Position numbers and translations under genes: made by a program. A DNA stretch of 64,000 nucleotides, taken from positions 26,794-90,793 of the IMG/VR virus record IMGVR_UViG_3300048995_000011. One strand, 5' to 3'. The notes below the pieces were generated by a model, which did no database searches, was not told where the DNA came from, and saw only the letters and a program-made list of their open reading frames with translations. Below, piece by piece: positions 18,757 through 28,548 of the stretch (position 1 is its first letter; every line of letters begins with the position of its first letter). The DNA is from a virus. Lineage: Duplodnaviria; Caudoviricetes.

Positions 18757-19425
18757 ATGGTCGCAGCCAGTTTTGACACCGTTGCCGACTTCCAGCAGGG
18801 CAACATCAAGAAGCCCATGCGGGGAGCCGTGCTGCTCGGCAAGTACGGCACCGCCGCCGCAATCACCACCCTCGTCGCCACCGGCGGGCAGATCGACGTG
18901 GCAGACACCTACGAGTCCGCGGGCCGGATCTCCGAGGACGGCCTGACGCTCTCGAAGTCCCGTGAGATCAGCGAGGTCCGCGGCTGGGGTTCCGCCTCCG
19001 TGCTTCGCCGCGACATCCGCTCGGAGGATCACACGCTGCAGTTCGCGGCGATCGAGAACAAGCGCATCACCCACGAGCTGAAAACCAACCGGGACTTCAC
19101 CGGTACCGCTGCGGAGATGTCCGCGGCGGGGGAGTGGAAGTACGACATCCTCGACCGCCCCGACATTCTGTGGTGGCGTGTCTGCGCCCTGGGTGTGGAC
19201 GGTTCGGGTGCTTCGCTGTACTACATCGCCCGCGTCTACCACAAGATGCTGGTCACGGAGGTCGGCGACGAGTCGTGGTCCGACGGGGATGACCCGCTGA
19301 TGACGGATGTGACGCTCGGCGCGGTCCCGGACGAGGTACTGGGGACTCTGGGTACGGAGTTCATCTTCGGTCCGGGCGCGAAGGCCGCTGCGGTGGCGAT
19401 GGGGTTGACGGTCGCGGTCGCGTGA
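18757..19425 (+). CDS. major tail protein
   Basis: GRISEDGLTLS...EVRGWGS...VLRRDI..EDHTLQF motif. Confidence 0.85.
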   Translation: MVAASFDTVADFQQGNIKKPMRGAVLLGKYGTAAAITTLVATGGQIDVADTYESAGRISEDGLTLSKSREISEVRGWGSASVLRRDIRSEDHTLQFAAIENKRITHELKTNRDFTGTAAEMSAAGEWKYDILDRPDILWWRVCALGVDGSGASLYYIARVYHKMLVTEVGDESWSDGDDPLMTDVTLGAVPDEVLGTLGTEFIFGPGAKAAAVAMGLTVAVA

Positions 19426-19511
19426 GTTGTGGTCCGGGCGTCGTCTCTTCCTGGGTGTACGGCGCCCGGATCACTTCACCAACACCCAGGAACACCCCGT
19501 GAGGACAGGTC

Positions 19512-19709
19512 ATGCCTGAGTTCAAGTTGAAGAACCCGGAGGACGGCGAAGTCTACGTCGCCGGCAGCCCGGGCGAGCGGGCCCTGCTGGTCTCCCGCGG
19601 CTACGAAGAGGTGGGCAAGTCCTACCCGAAGCCGCCGAAGCCCCTGATCGACGAGCCGCAGGAGCCCCCGAAGGACACCTCGCCGCAGGCCCGTAACGCC
19701 GGCAAGTAG
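19512..19709 (+). CDS. hypothetical protein
   Basis: GAGGA RBS; 65 aa between the tail gene and chaperones. Confidence 0.65.
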   Translation: MPEFKLKNPEDGEVYVAGSPGERALLVSRGYEEVGKSYPKPPKPLIDEPQEPPKDTSPQARNAGK

Positions 19710-19744
19710 CAACACCAACCCAGGAAAGCACCCAGGAGAAGCAC

Positions 19745-20038
19745 ATGCGCAAGTCCCGTAAGGATTTCAAGGTCGTCGCCGAGAAGGCGAAGTTTGAGCT
19801 GGATCTCGAGAATGCCCCCGAGGGGCACCGCGGGTTCGTCACCTTCCTGGACCCCAACAAGCTCCCCACGCACGGCGGTTTCGACCTGCAGCGTGAGCGG
19901 GACCCGGAGAAGGTGTTCCGCAAGATCCTTTCCGCAGAAGACTTCGCCGCGTGGTGGGAGGAGTGGAAGGACACCCCCACCGACGAGACGAACAAGCTCC
20001 TGGAGGACGTCCTGGAGCACTACGGCTCGAATCGATGA
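19745..20038 (+). CDS. tail assembly chaperone (G-like)
   Basis: Position; FELDL...FVTFLDP...LLEDVLEHYG. Confidence 0.75.
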   Translation: MRKSRKDFKVVAEKAKFELDLENAPEGHRGFVTFLDPNKLPTHGGFDLQRERDPEKVFRKILSAEDFAAWWEEWKDTPTDETNKLLEDVLEHYGSNR

Positions 20039-20044
20039 CCTGCG

Positions 20045-20830
20045 GTGGGGTCCCGGGACTACCACGCTGAGGCGACCCGTGAGCCGTTCGAGCTGAGCCT
20101 CGACAGCGGCGAGATTGTTACGTTCCGGGACCCCACCCGCATCCCGGGCATGTCCGTGTTCACGCTGGTGCAGATCCGGGACCCTCAGCATCTGCTGGCG
20201 ATCCTCCTCGACGACGCGTTCAATACCGCGTGGGTCGAGTTGTCGACGTGGGAGTGGGTCGAGGTAGCCAACCTAGTTGATGCGGTGTTCGCCCACTTCG
20301 GCGCCGACATGGCGAGAACCCGGAACCTCGCGATGGATCTCGACCGCTACGGGGATGCGATCGAACGGGATCTGGCGCTTCACACCCACTACCGGTTGCG
20401 GGAGTTCTTCGACGGTACGGAGACCCCGAACACGCTCGCCAACCTGGTGGACGCGTTCGACCGGATGAGCACTTCGTACTTCACCGAGGCCCGCGCCATG
20501 GACATGGAGTTGTTCGAGGCCACGAAGGACATGCCGCGGCGGAAGTCGCTTGGCCCTTCGTTGGTGGAGGAGACCCCCGTGGTGGCGATCCTCAAGGGCA
20601 TCCACGAGCTGTTGCAGCAGAACGTGCACTTCGCGGCCGGCGCGTCGATGAGCAAGAAGAAGCCGAAGGTGACGAAGCTGCCCCGCCCGAAAACCTCGAA
20701 GGACGCGTGGGAGCAGGAACAGGCTCGGCAGGCATACCTGCATCTGGAAGCCGTCCTCAACTTCGTGCCGCAGGAACAGTTCGAACAGAGCATCGCGAAC
20801 GCGCCCGAAGGGGCCATTGAGCTGCGGTAA
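20045..20830 (+). CDS. tail assembly chaperone (G/T-like fused form)
   Basis: N-terminus repeats the chaperone motif (FELSL...IVTFRDP...AVFAHFG) and continues into LAMDLDRYGDAIERDL; same frame as the preceding ORF. Confidence 0.7.
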   Translation: MGSRDYHAEATREPFELSLDSGEIVTFRDPTRIPGMSVFTLVQIRDPQHLLAILLDDAFNTAWVELSTWEWVEVANLVDAVFAHFGADMARTRNLAMDLDRYGDAIERDLALHTHYRLREFFDGTETPNTLANLVDAFDRMSTSYFTEARAMDMELFEATKDMPRRKSLGPSLVEETPVVAILKGIHELLQQNVHFAAGASMSKKKPKVTKLPRPKTSKDAWEQEQARQAYLHLEAVLNFVPQEQFEQSIANAPEGAIELR

Positions 20831-20879
20831 CACCCCTGCCCTGTAGCCGCCCGAGTCGACTGGCATTTGGGAGGCATAC

Positions 20880-23800
20880 ATGGCTGGCAGCTACCACGCC
20901 GGAGAAGCCCTCGTTTCCGTGATGCCCTCTATGAAGGGCTTCCATCAGCGGATCCGCTCAGAGCTGAAGGGTATAAACCCGCAGGTAGATGTCGTGGTGA
21001 ATCCCGCAATGAAGGGGTTTCAGCAGAAGCTGCGCAGCGGCATCGGCAAGGCCCCGATCGTCGAGGTCAAGGCCGAGGTCAACAAGGCGAGCCTGAAGAA
21101 GGCCGAGTCCGAGGTCACCGCTGCCGAGAAGCGCATGGCGGCAGCAAGGAACTCCTCTTCGGACTCGGTGAAGCAGCTGCTGATCGCCGAGAAGCAACTG
21201 GAGGAGACCCGCGCGAAGTCGGGCGTGAAGCAGTCGCAGATCCTCGCGGGGGAGTTGCGTGTCGCTCAGGCGCGCCGTGCCGCCGCTGCTGCGACGAACG
21301 ACTCCCGTAATGCGGAGTCCGCGCTGAATGCTGCCCGAGTCGCAGCGCGTGACGCGAAAATCAAGATGCAGGCTGACGCCGACACTGGCGGCTTGGCGGC
21401 GAAGCTACGCGCGTTCTCCGCCAACGCGGGTCGCGCGTACGCCATCAATCTTGGCGTTGACGCCGACACTACTGGTGCGCGGATGCAGATGCAGGCGTTC
21501 GCGCTCACCGCGAAGCGTCTCGCGACCGTGTCCGGGTCCGTCACCATGGACACCGGGGCGGCGATCGCGAAGCTCACCCTGCTGGATGCCGTGTCGAGCG
21601 CGGTCACCACCAGGATGCATCTCAAGTGGACTGCGATCGGTGTGGCCGCCGTCGCGGCGTTCGCCGGTATCGGTGCCGCGCTAGTTGCGCTGCCTGGTCT
21701 TGTCGCAGCCGCGTTGGGCCCTGTCGCCGCGTTGGTTGTGGGGTTCCAGGGTGTCGGTGACGCGCTATCCGCGTTCACCGACGCTCAGGATCAGGCCGCG
21801 ACTGGTGCAACGGCGAACGCGAAGGCGCAGGCTTCCGCAGCCCGCCAGATCGCGTCCGCCCAGCAGCAGGTCACCCAGGCGCAGACGGGTGCGAGCCGCG
21901 CCTACGAGGACGCCGAGTGGGCGGCGGCGTCATCCTTGCGGCGCACCCAGGATGCGGAGCGGTCTCTCCTCAACGCACAGAAGGCGCGGTTGCAGGCGCA
22001 ACGTGACTTGACGCGTGCCGTGGAGGACGCTCGCCGCGCCCAGCAGGACCTCAATTTCGAGGTCGAGGGCGGGACGCTGGCGGAGCGTCAGGCCGTGTTG
22101 GACCTAGCGGACGCCCAGCAGGCTTTGGAGGCTGCCCGAGCGGGCGGTACCAGCGGTGCCGCCTTCGAGCGGGTCCAGCTCGCCTACGAGCAGCAGAAGC
22201 TTTCCCTGGACGAGATTCGGGCCCGCAACGCCAACCTCGCGCAGGACAAAGCTGTTTCCGACGCTGCTGGCATCAGCGGTTCCCAGCAGGTCACGCAGGC
22301 GCAGGACCAGGTCACCCAAGCCACTGAGGGTGTCGCCGCGGCGCAGCGGGATGTGGCGGACGCGCAGACGGCGGCGGCGCAGCAGCAGATCCAGTCTCAG
22401 CGGTCCATCGCGGACGCCCAGTTGGCGGTGACGCAGGCCCAGACGCAGCTGACGCAGGCCATGCAGGACGCCGGCACGGTGGGTGCCGCCTCGGGCGACA
22501 AGATCGCCGCGGCGATGGCGAAACTGTCGCCGAATGCGCGCGAGTTCGTTACCGCGATCCAGGCGTTGAAGCCCGCGTTCGCCGAGATGAAGAACTCGGT
22601 GCAGGACGCCCTCTTCGCCGGCATGGGGCCCGCGTTTACCCAGTTCTCGAGCCAGATCTTGCCCGCCATGGGCCAGAATCTGGGTGTTGTCGCGTCTGCG
22701 ATGAACGGCGCCACGAAGGAAATGTTCATTTTCCTGTCGTCGGTGCCGATGATGGACGCCTTCCAGCAACTGTTCGCCGGCATCGGGCAGGTCATCACCG
22801 CCGTCGCCCCAGTATTGATGACGTTTATCACGCTGTTCATGCAGTTGGCGACAGCGGCGATGCCGGGGATCATCGCCATCGTTGAGGCTCTCGGCACGGT
22901 CGGCACGGCGATCATGCAGGCATTGCAGCCGCTGATCAGCACTGGTGTGTTCGAGCAAGCGTTAACATCGATCGCGAACCTGATCGCCGCCCTGGGGCCG
23001 GTGATCGGCGCAATTTTGACGGCCGCGTTGCAGCTGATGAACGCGTTGGGCCCGTCGCTGGTGTCCTTGGCGGATGCGTTGACGCCTGCGTTCCAGGCGC
23101 TGGGCGCGGTCCTGGTGACGATGGCCCCGTTTGTGGGTCAGCTGGCCACGCTGTTGGTGTCCGCGTTGACCCCGGTCCTGCAGGCCCTACAGCCTGTGAT
23201 TGCCGCGTTGATGCCGGTGCTCGTGCAGCTGGTGCAGACCGGGCTGGCGATCCTGGTGCCGATCATTCAGGCCCTCGCCCCCGTTATCACGGCCCTGTTG
23301 CCTGTGGTGTCGATGCTGGCTGGCGCGTTCGGGCAGATCTTCACCGCCCTCAGTCCCATCATCGCGATGCTGGGCACCGTCCTGACTGGGGTGATCACGG
23401 CGCTGGTGCCGATGGTGACGCAGCTCGTGCAGATGTTCGTGCCGTTCATCAACCAGCTGATGGGCCAGCTCGCCCCCGTGTTGGGCCAGTTGGTCACGAT
23501 TTTGGGTACGGCGCTGATGACCGCCTTGCAGGCCATCATGCCCGCGCTGGGGATGTTGATGCAGGCGTTCATGGGGATCGTGTCGGCGGTGTTGCCGTTC
23601 GTGCCGATCCTGGCTCAGATCGCCGGGCAGCTGCTGACCGCGCTGGCGCCGATCCTGCCGACCATCGCGGGTTTGTTCTTGACGCTGGTGAACGCGGTGC
23701 TGCCGCTCGTGCCGCCGCTGCTGAACCTGGCCGCGACGTTGCTGCCCACGATCGTCTCCGTGATCAACACGTTGATGCCGATCATCACCATGTTGGCGAA

Positions 23801-26348
23801 CCTCCTCGGCGGGGTTCTCGCCGTGGTGCTGCAGACCGTTGTTGTGCCGATCCTCAACCTGGTCATCAACACGATCAAGATCTTGGCGGACATTTTCGAC
23901 TTCCTGTGGAACGTGGCGGTCAAGCCCGCACTCGACGCGATCGGCATCGGCCTGCAACTGCTCTGGGAGCACTTCTTCTCCCCGATCTTCTCGTGGATCT
24001 CGGACAAGGTCGGTGCTGTCGGTGACGCGTTCAAGGCCATGGGCGACAAGATCGGTGGCATCTGGGACGGTCTGAAGACACTCATCCGGGGCGGTATTCA
24101 GGGCGTCATCGACCTGGTGTGGAACGACGGTTTGCTGGGGCTGTGGCGGGCCGCGAACGACAGCCCGCTGGGTGGGATCATCCCCGACCCGCCCGGTCGG
24201 TGGGTTGTTCCCGCGTTCGCTTCCGGCGGCCCGGTGTTCGGTGCCGGCACCGGTACGAGCGACTCTATCGCCGCCCTGTTGTCCAACGGCGAGTACGTGG
24301 TCAACGCGGCAGCGACCGCACGATGGTTGCCGCTGCTCGAGTCGATGAACGCCAACCGGTTCGCCGACGGCGGCATCGTGGCCGGCGGATCCACTCCGTC
24401 CGTGCCGATGCCCACGGTTGCTGCCACTGGTCAGGCTGCGGTGGCCGCGTCGCTGACCGTGGACCCCGCGGCGCTGACCGCTCTCGGTGGGACGGTGGAC
24501 GCGGTCACCGCATCGATGGTCGCGCTCACGACCGAGCTCAACACCATCGTCATGCCCACGCTGACCGCCCTCAACACCATGACGGTCACCCTGGCGTTGG
24601 CGATGCAGCAGCTGGCCATGTCGAACACGCTGAGCTGGTTGCAGATCCAAACGACCATCGTCCTCACCGAGGACACCATCGCCGCCCGGCAGTTGTTCCT
24701 GCAGGCGCAGTTGGCCACGTCGTGGGGTTTGATCACCGCGAACGTGTGGGCCAACGTCAACGGCCAAAACGCCGCGTTCAACGCCCTCATGGCTGGCATG
24801 GGCAACCTGCGGTTGGCGATGGCGTTCACCGCCGACTGGGCCGGGCAGCAATACGGGCGAATCCGTGCAGCCGCCGCTGACCCGGTCCGCTGGGTGCTGC
24901 AGTTCCCGTTCAACGCGGGCCTGATCAGCGCCTGGAACGCCCTGGATGGCCAGTTCGCGTTCGGCAAGCACGTCAACCCCGTCCCGATCGCGTTCGCTTC
25001 CGGCGGTCGCGTGTCCGGGCCGGGGACGGGCACATCGGACTCGATCGACGCCCGCCTGTCGCGGGGCGAGTTCGTGGTGCGCGAGAAGATCGCCAACCAG
25101 ATCTACCCGTTCCTCAACGCCCTCAACTCTGGCCAGGCCGAGGCACTGCAGGCCACCGGATACGCGCAGGGTGGCGTGGTCGCCGACACAGGGTCCGCGT
25201 TGAACGCCGCCGTGTTGCGGGGTCTCGCGTTCGCGAAAGCCCAGGACGGCAAACCCTACATTTGGGGTGCTGCCGGGCCGGTCGGATTCGACTGTTCCGG
25301 CCTGATGAGCGCCGTCACCAACGTCCTGCGTGGCGAATCCAACCCCTACCGGCGGCTCGGTGTCGCAGCCTCCGCACCGTGGCCCGGGTTCGTGCGTGGA
25401 CTGTCGTCCTCGTTCGCCATGGGATCCAGCCCAACGCACACGGCCGGCACCCTCGGCGGGGTCAACATCGAGTCGACCGGCAACCACGTCCGGTTCGCCG
25501 GGGACGCCCACGGCGCCGACGATCGACAGTTCCCAGTGCAGTCGTCACTGCCTGTGGTGGGCGGCCAGTTCGTATCCGGCGGCGGCGGGGGTATCGACGT
25601 CGGCCAGATCGTGGGGACCGCGTTCGCCGACACATACAAGATGATCGGCCAAATCGCCACCATGTTCGCCGGGAACTTCATGGGCGGGCAGGCCGGCGGG
25701 GTCGCTAACCAGGCGACGGATCGGGTGAAGAACGCGGCCACCCAGAAGCTGACCGAGCTGACCTCGGCGTTCAGCGGTGCCGCGGGTTCCCCCGAGGTTG
25801 TCGCTGCGGTGCGGGCGGTCGCCAGCCGGTACGGGTGGGGTCAGGGACCCCAGTGGGACTCCCTCAACGCGCTCATCGCGAAGGAGTCGAGCTGGAACCC
25901 GGCCGCCGCGAATCCCACCTCCAGTGCCCGCGGCCTGTTCCAGAAGATGACGAGCGCCCACGGGCCCCTGGAGTCGACCATCGCCGGGCAGGCCGAATGG
26001 GGCCTGAACTACATCAGGTCCCGCTACAGCGACCCGATCGGCGCGTGGGCCTTCCACCGGGCACACAACTGGTACGACAAGGGCGGCATGTTGCAGGGGG
26101 TTGGTGCTTTCTACAAGGGCACCAACGAGCCCGAGCGGGTCCTGTCCCCCCCGGATACACGAAACTTTGACCGACTCGTGTCCCATATCGGTTCGAGTTC
26201 TTTCGCCCTGCCCGACAGTGCCCGACTCACGGGCCCCTTCGAACTCTCCGGTGACATCACCGTGAACGGTTTGGACGGGCACATCGACGGCCGTATCAAC
26301 GCCGCGAACCACGCAACCGGCACCGCGATCCTTCACGGGTCTCGCTAA
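20880..26348 (+). CDS. tape measure protein with NlpC/P60-like and SLT-like C-terminal domains
   Basis: 1822 aa Ala/Gln/Leu-rich; two FASGG..GTGTSDSI repeats; GKPYIWGAAGPVGFDCSG; LIAKESSWNP..ANPTSSARGLFQ. Confidence 0.95.
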   Translation: MAGSYHAGEALVSVMPSMKGFHQRIRSELKGINPQVDVVVNPAMKGFQQKLRSGIGKAPIVEVKAEVNKASLKKAESEVTAAEKRMAAARNSSSDSVKQLLIAEKQLEETRAKSGVKQSQILAGELRVAQARRAAAAATNDSRNAESALNAARVAARDAKIKMQADADTGGLAAKLRAFSANAGRAYAINLGVDADTTGARMQMQAFALTAKRLATVSGSVTMDTGAAIAKLTLLDAVSSAVTTRMHLKWTAIGVAAVAAFAGIGAALVALPGLVAAALGPVAALVVGFQGVGDALSAFTDAQDQAATGATANAKAQASAARQIASAQQQVTQAQTGASRAYEDAEWAAASSLRRTQDAERSLLNAQKARLQAQRDLTRAVEDARRAQQDLNFEVEGGTLAERQAVLDLADAQQALEAARAGGTSGAAFERVQLAYEQQKLSLDEIRARNANLAQDKAVSDAAGISGSQQVTQAQDQVTQATEGVAAAQRDVADAQTAAAQQQIQSQRSIADAQLAVTQAQTQLTQAMQDAGTVGAASGDKIAAAMAKLSPNAREFVTAIQALKPAFAEMKNSVQDALFAGMGPAFTQFSSQILPAMGQNLGVVASAMNGATKEMFIFLSSVPMMDAFQQLFAGIGQVITAVAPVLMTFITLFMQLATAAMPGIIAIVEALGTVGTAIMQALQPLISTGVFEQALTSIANLIAALGPVIGAILTAALQLMNALGPSLVSLADALTPAFQALGAVLVTMAPFVGQLATLLVSALTPVLQALQPVIAALMPVLVQLVQTGLAILVPIIQALAPVITALLPVVSMLAGAFGQIFTALSPIIAMLGTVLTGVITALVPMVTQLVQMFVPFINQLMGQLAPVLGQLVTILGTALMTALQAIMPALGMLMQAFMGIVSAVLPFVPILAQIAGQLLTALAPILPTIAGLFLTLVNAVLPLVPPLLNLAATLLPTIVSVINTLMPIITMLANLLGGVLAVVLQTVVVPILNLVINTIKILADIFDFLWNVAVKPALDAIGIGLQLLWEHFFSPIFSWISDKVGAVGDAFKAMGDKIGGIWDGLKTLIRGGIQGVIDLVWNDGLLGLWRAANDSPLGGIIPDPPGRWVVPAFASGGPVFGAGTGTSDSIAALLSNGEYVVNAAATARWLPLLESMNANRFADGGIVAGGSTPSVPMPTVAATGQAAVAASLTVDPAALTALGGTVDAVTASMVALTTELNTIVMPTLTALNTMTVTLALAMQQLAMSNTLSWLQIQTTIVLTEDTIAARQLFLQAQLATSWGLITANVWANVNGQNAAFNALMAGMGNLRLAMAFTADWAGQQYGRIRAAAADPVRWVLQFPFNAGLISAWNALDGQFAFGKHVNPVPIAFASGGRVSGPGTGTSDSIDARLSRGEFVVREKIANQIYPFLNALNSGQAEALQATGYAQGGVVADTGSALNAAVLRGLAFAKAQDGKPYIWGAAGPVGFDCSGLMSAVTNVLRGESNPYRRLGVAASAPWPGFVRGLSSSFAMGSSPTHTAGTLGGVNIESTGNHVRFAGDAHGADDRQFPVQSSLPVVGGQFVSGGGGGIDVGQIVGTAFADTYKMIGQIATMFAGNFMGGQAGGVANQATDRVKNAATQKLTELTSAFSGAAGSPEVVAAVRAVASRYGWGQGPQWDSLNALIAKESSWNPAAANPTSSARGLFQKMTSAHGPLESTIAGQAEWGLNYIRSRYSDPIGAWAFHRAHNWYDKGGMLQGVGAFYKGTNEPERVLSPPDTRNFDRLVSHIGSSSFALPDSARLTGPFELSGDITVNGLDGHIDGRINAANHATGTAILHGSR

Positions 26349-26360
26349 GAAAGGCCGACG

Positions 26361-27113
26361 ATGAGCTACGAGCTGCGCGACTCGAAGAACTATTTCTTCG
26401 GGATCCTCGACAACCCCGCCGCGATCAGTGACACGACCTTGTCGTCCGCGCAGTTCGCGGCCCTGGGAACGGGCTATTCGGCGGCCAACGGGGGAACCTA
26501 CATTCCGCTGGTGCTTCATGACCCTTCAGTGGGGGCCTACGAGATCGTGTGGGTCGTGGGCCACTCTTCTGGTGGCACGACGGTCACCGTGGTGCGAGGA
26601 CGGGAAGGTACTGCAGCGCAGGCGTGGAATGCGGGGACCCAGGTCACCATCGCCCCCACCGCCGGTCGGGACGTTCTCGCGGTGGCCCTGTCCAACGGGC
26701 TCCCCCCGGACGCCCACTACGGGATGCGGGTCGCCCGCACCGACAAGGGTGACGTGATCGAACGAACCAAAACGGGCTGGGGACCCAGTGTTGGTGCCGG
26801 CATCGCCGCCGACCAGCACAAAAACATGTCCCAACTCGCTGTTCCGGACGGTGCCGCGCTGCTGCTGCGCGCCGGTTCGACACCGTCGACGTTCACCACC
26901 GCCTCCGATGGAAACTTCAACGTCACCTACAAGACCCCGTTCCCGAACGGCACCCTGGCGATCTCGTGCACCTCAACCGCCTACGCCGCGAACGGCGCCT
27001 TCGTGTGCTACCAGCAGCGGGCCGACGGGTGCAGCATGACGGCGCTGAACGGCACAGGCGGGCGGTTGGCGAGCACAGTCATTTCGGTGCAGTACATCGC
27101 CTTTGGATGGTGA
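26361..27113 (+). CDS. minor tail/virion protein
   Basis: Follows the tape measure gene; beta-rich; VVRGREGTAAQAWNAGT motif. Confidence 0.65.
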   Translation: MSYELRDSKNYFFGILDNPAAISDTTLSSAQFAALGTGYSAANGGTYIPLVLHDPSVGAYEIVWVVGHSSGGTTVTVVRGREGTAAQAWNAGTQVTIAPTAGRDVLAVALSNGLPPDAHYGMRVARTDKGDVIERTKTGWGPSVGAGIAADQHKNMSQLAVPDGAALLLRAGSTPSTFTTASDGNFNVTYKTPFPNGTLAISCTSTAYAANGAFVCYQQRADGCSMTALNGTGGRLASTVISVQYIAFGW

Positions 27114-27116
27114 CCC

Positions 27117-28538
27117 GTGTGGACGCAAGGCGCGTACGCCCGGCAACCGTTCGCGGCGGGGGCGGGCACTGAATCCCCCGCACCTCCCGGGCAGCAGCAA
27201 ATCCCCCCACCTCTACCGGGTGGGACGACGACGTTCCTGTATCAGCCGCACCCGATCATCACCCTCGGGTGGCGGTCCTACGCCGGCAGGCAAGGCGCCA
27301 ACGTCTACCCGGGTGGTGGGGTGTCGATCGCCCCCGACCCCGAGCGTGGGGTCATGCAGGTCACCGGGTGGTGGCCCGACGCGGAGGTGTTGCAGTTCCA
27401 TCGGCAACACCAGGACGGGTCCATGTATCGGGTGCGTACCGCCGCCCCGTTGACCATCACCCAAGCCACGCGCCGCAACTTTTGCACCAACCCCAACTTC
27501 GAGAAGGGGCTGAACGGGTATGTACCGGACGCCGGCAACCCTGCCCTGACCCCAATCGGCGATGCCGTGCGCGGCGACACGGCTCTGCGCGCCACCATCG
27601 CCTCGGCAGGTGCTTGTGGCGTCACCATCCCTCACGCGTTGACCGCCGGCAAGGACATCACCGAGGGCATCGACCTGCGGTTCTCCCACCGCCCCACGGG
27701 GGTGACCCTGCAAATCTCGTGGACCGACAGCACAGGCGCCCCCATCACTCCCGCCTCCACGCAGTTGCTGACCGCGAACCAGATCAACCAGTCCGTGTCC
27801 CAGTGGGCCCGGCAGGTCGTCACCATCACCACACCCCCGAACGGTGTGAACGCGACCGTGAAGGTCGTCGCAGCCGGGTTGCCGGCAGCCGGCTACATGG
27901 ATGTTGACGGCGTCACGCTTGAGCGTGGCAGCAGCGACGGGTCCTTCTTCGACGGGAACCTGCCCACTGCGGTGTGGCTGGGTGTTCCAGGGTTCTCGGT
28001 GTCGGTCCTCGCCCCGATGCTCACCATCGAGGACGGGGAATGCCCCACCGATGTCCCGGTCCGGTACATCGTCGCGAACCTCGAGGCGACGGGCGGCACC
28101 ATGACCTCCGCGCAAGCGGTGCTCGAGTCGCGTGGGGTCACGTGGATGACGCATCCCCGCTGGTTGACGCAACCGATCCGGGTGACGGTCGCGGAAGTTC
28201 CGAAACTCACCCGCAAGGCACCCCAGGGGAAGTTCCGGCCCATCGGTGGCCGCTACGCGATTGTGGTGTCCGCCGCGAACCGTCAATCCCCCGACGGTCA
28301 GATCAAACTCTGGGCCAGAAGCTGGGAAGAGCGGGACCTTCTCCTGGAAATGTTCGACGACCTCTCACCCGTGCTGGTGCGCGCCCCCGGCGACTACCAC
28401 TTCGGGGACCGCTGGCTGTCGCTGGAGGACATGGACGAGGACGCCGAAGGCCGGCTGGCTTTCACCGACGTGCGCTCCTTCACCGCCAACTTTTCCGAGG
28501 TTCTCGCCCCCAGCGAGATCCCCGCCGCCGGCACATAG
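27117..28538 (+). CDS. minor tail protein with putative carbohydrate-binding module
   Basis: NFCTNPNFEKGLNG...VDGVTLE..SSDGSFFDG, a CBM-like pattern. Confidence 0.7.
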   Translation: MWTQGAYARQPFAAGAGTESPAPPGQQQIPPPLPGGTTTFLYQPHPIITLGWRSYAGRQGANVYPGGGVSIAPDPERGVMQVTGWWPDAEVLQFHRQHQDGSMYRVRTAAPLTITQATRRNFCTNPNFEKGLNGYVPDAGNPALTPIGDAVRGDTALRATIASAGACGVTIPHALTAGKDITEGIDLRFSHRPTGVTLQISWTDSTGAPITPASTQLLTANQINQSVSQWARQVVTITTPPNGVNATVKVVAAGLPAAGYMDVDGVTLERGSSDGSFFDGNLPTAVWLGVPGFSVSVLAPMLTIEDGECPTDVPVRYIVANLEATGGTMTSAQAVLESRGVTWMTHPRWLTQPIRVTVAEVPKLTRKAPQGKFRPIGGRYAIVVSAANRQSPDGQIKLWARSWEERDLLLEMFDDLSPVLVRAPGDYHFGDRWLSLEDMDEDAEGRLAFTDVRSFTANFSEVLAPSEIPAAGT

Positions 28539-28548
28539 AGGGGGCCTC

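Noticed and set aside
19794-20096. Alternative-frame ORF as the frameshifted chaperone extension
   Set aside because: It ends shortly after the junction, has no slippery heptamer and reads as noise.
23187-25511. 774-aa minus-strand ORF and many other long antisense ORFs (e.g. 45823-47766, 59682-61364, 11312-12673)
   Set aside because: They are shadow ORFs opposite well-supported genes, expected from high GC3 codon bias, with no recognisable motifs.
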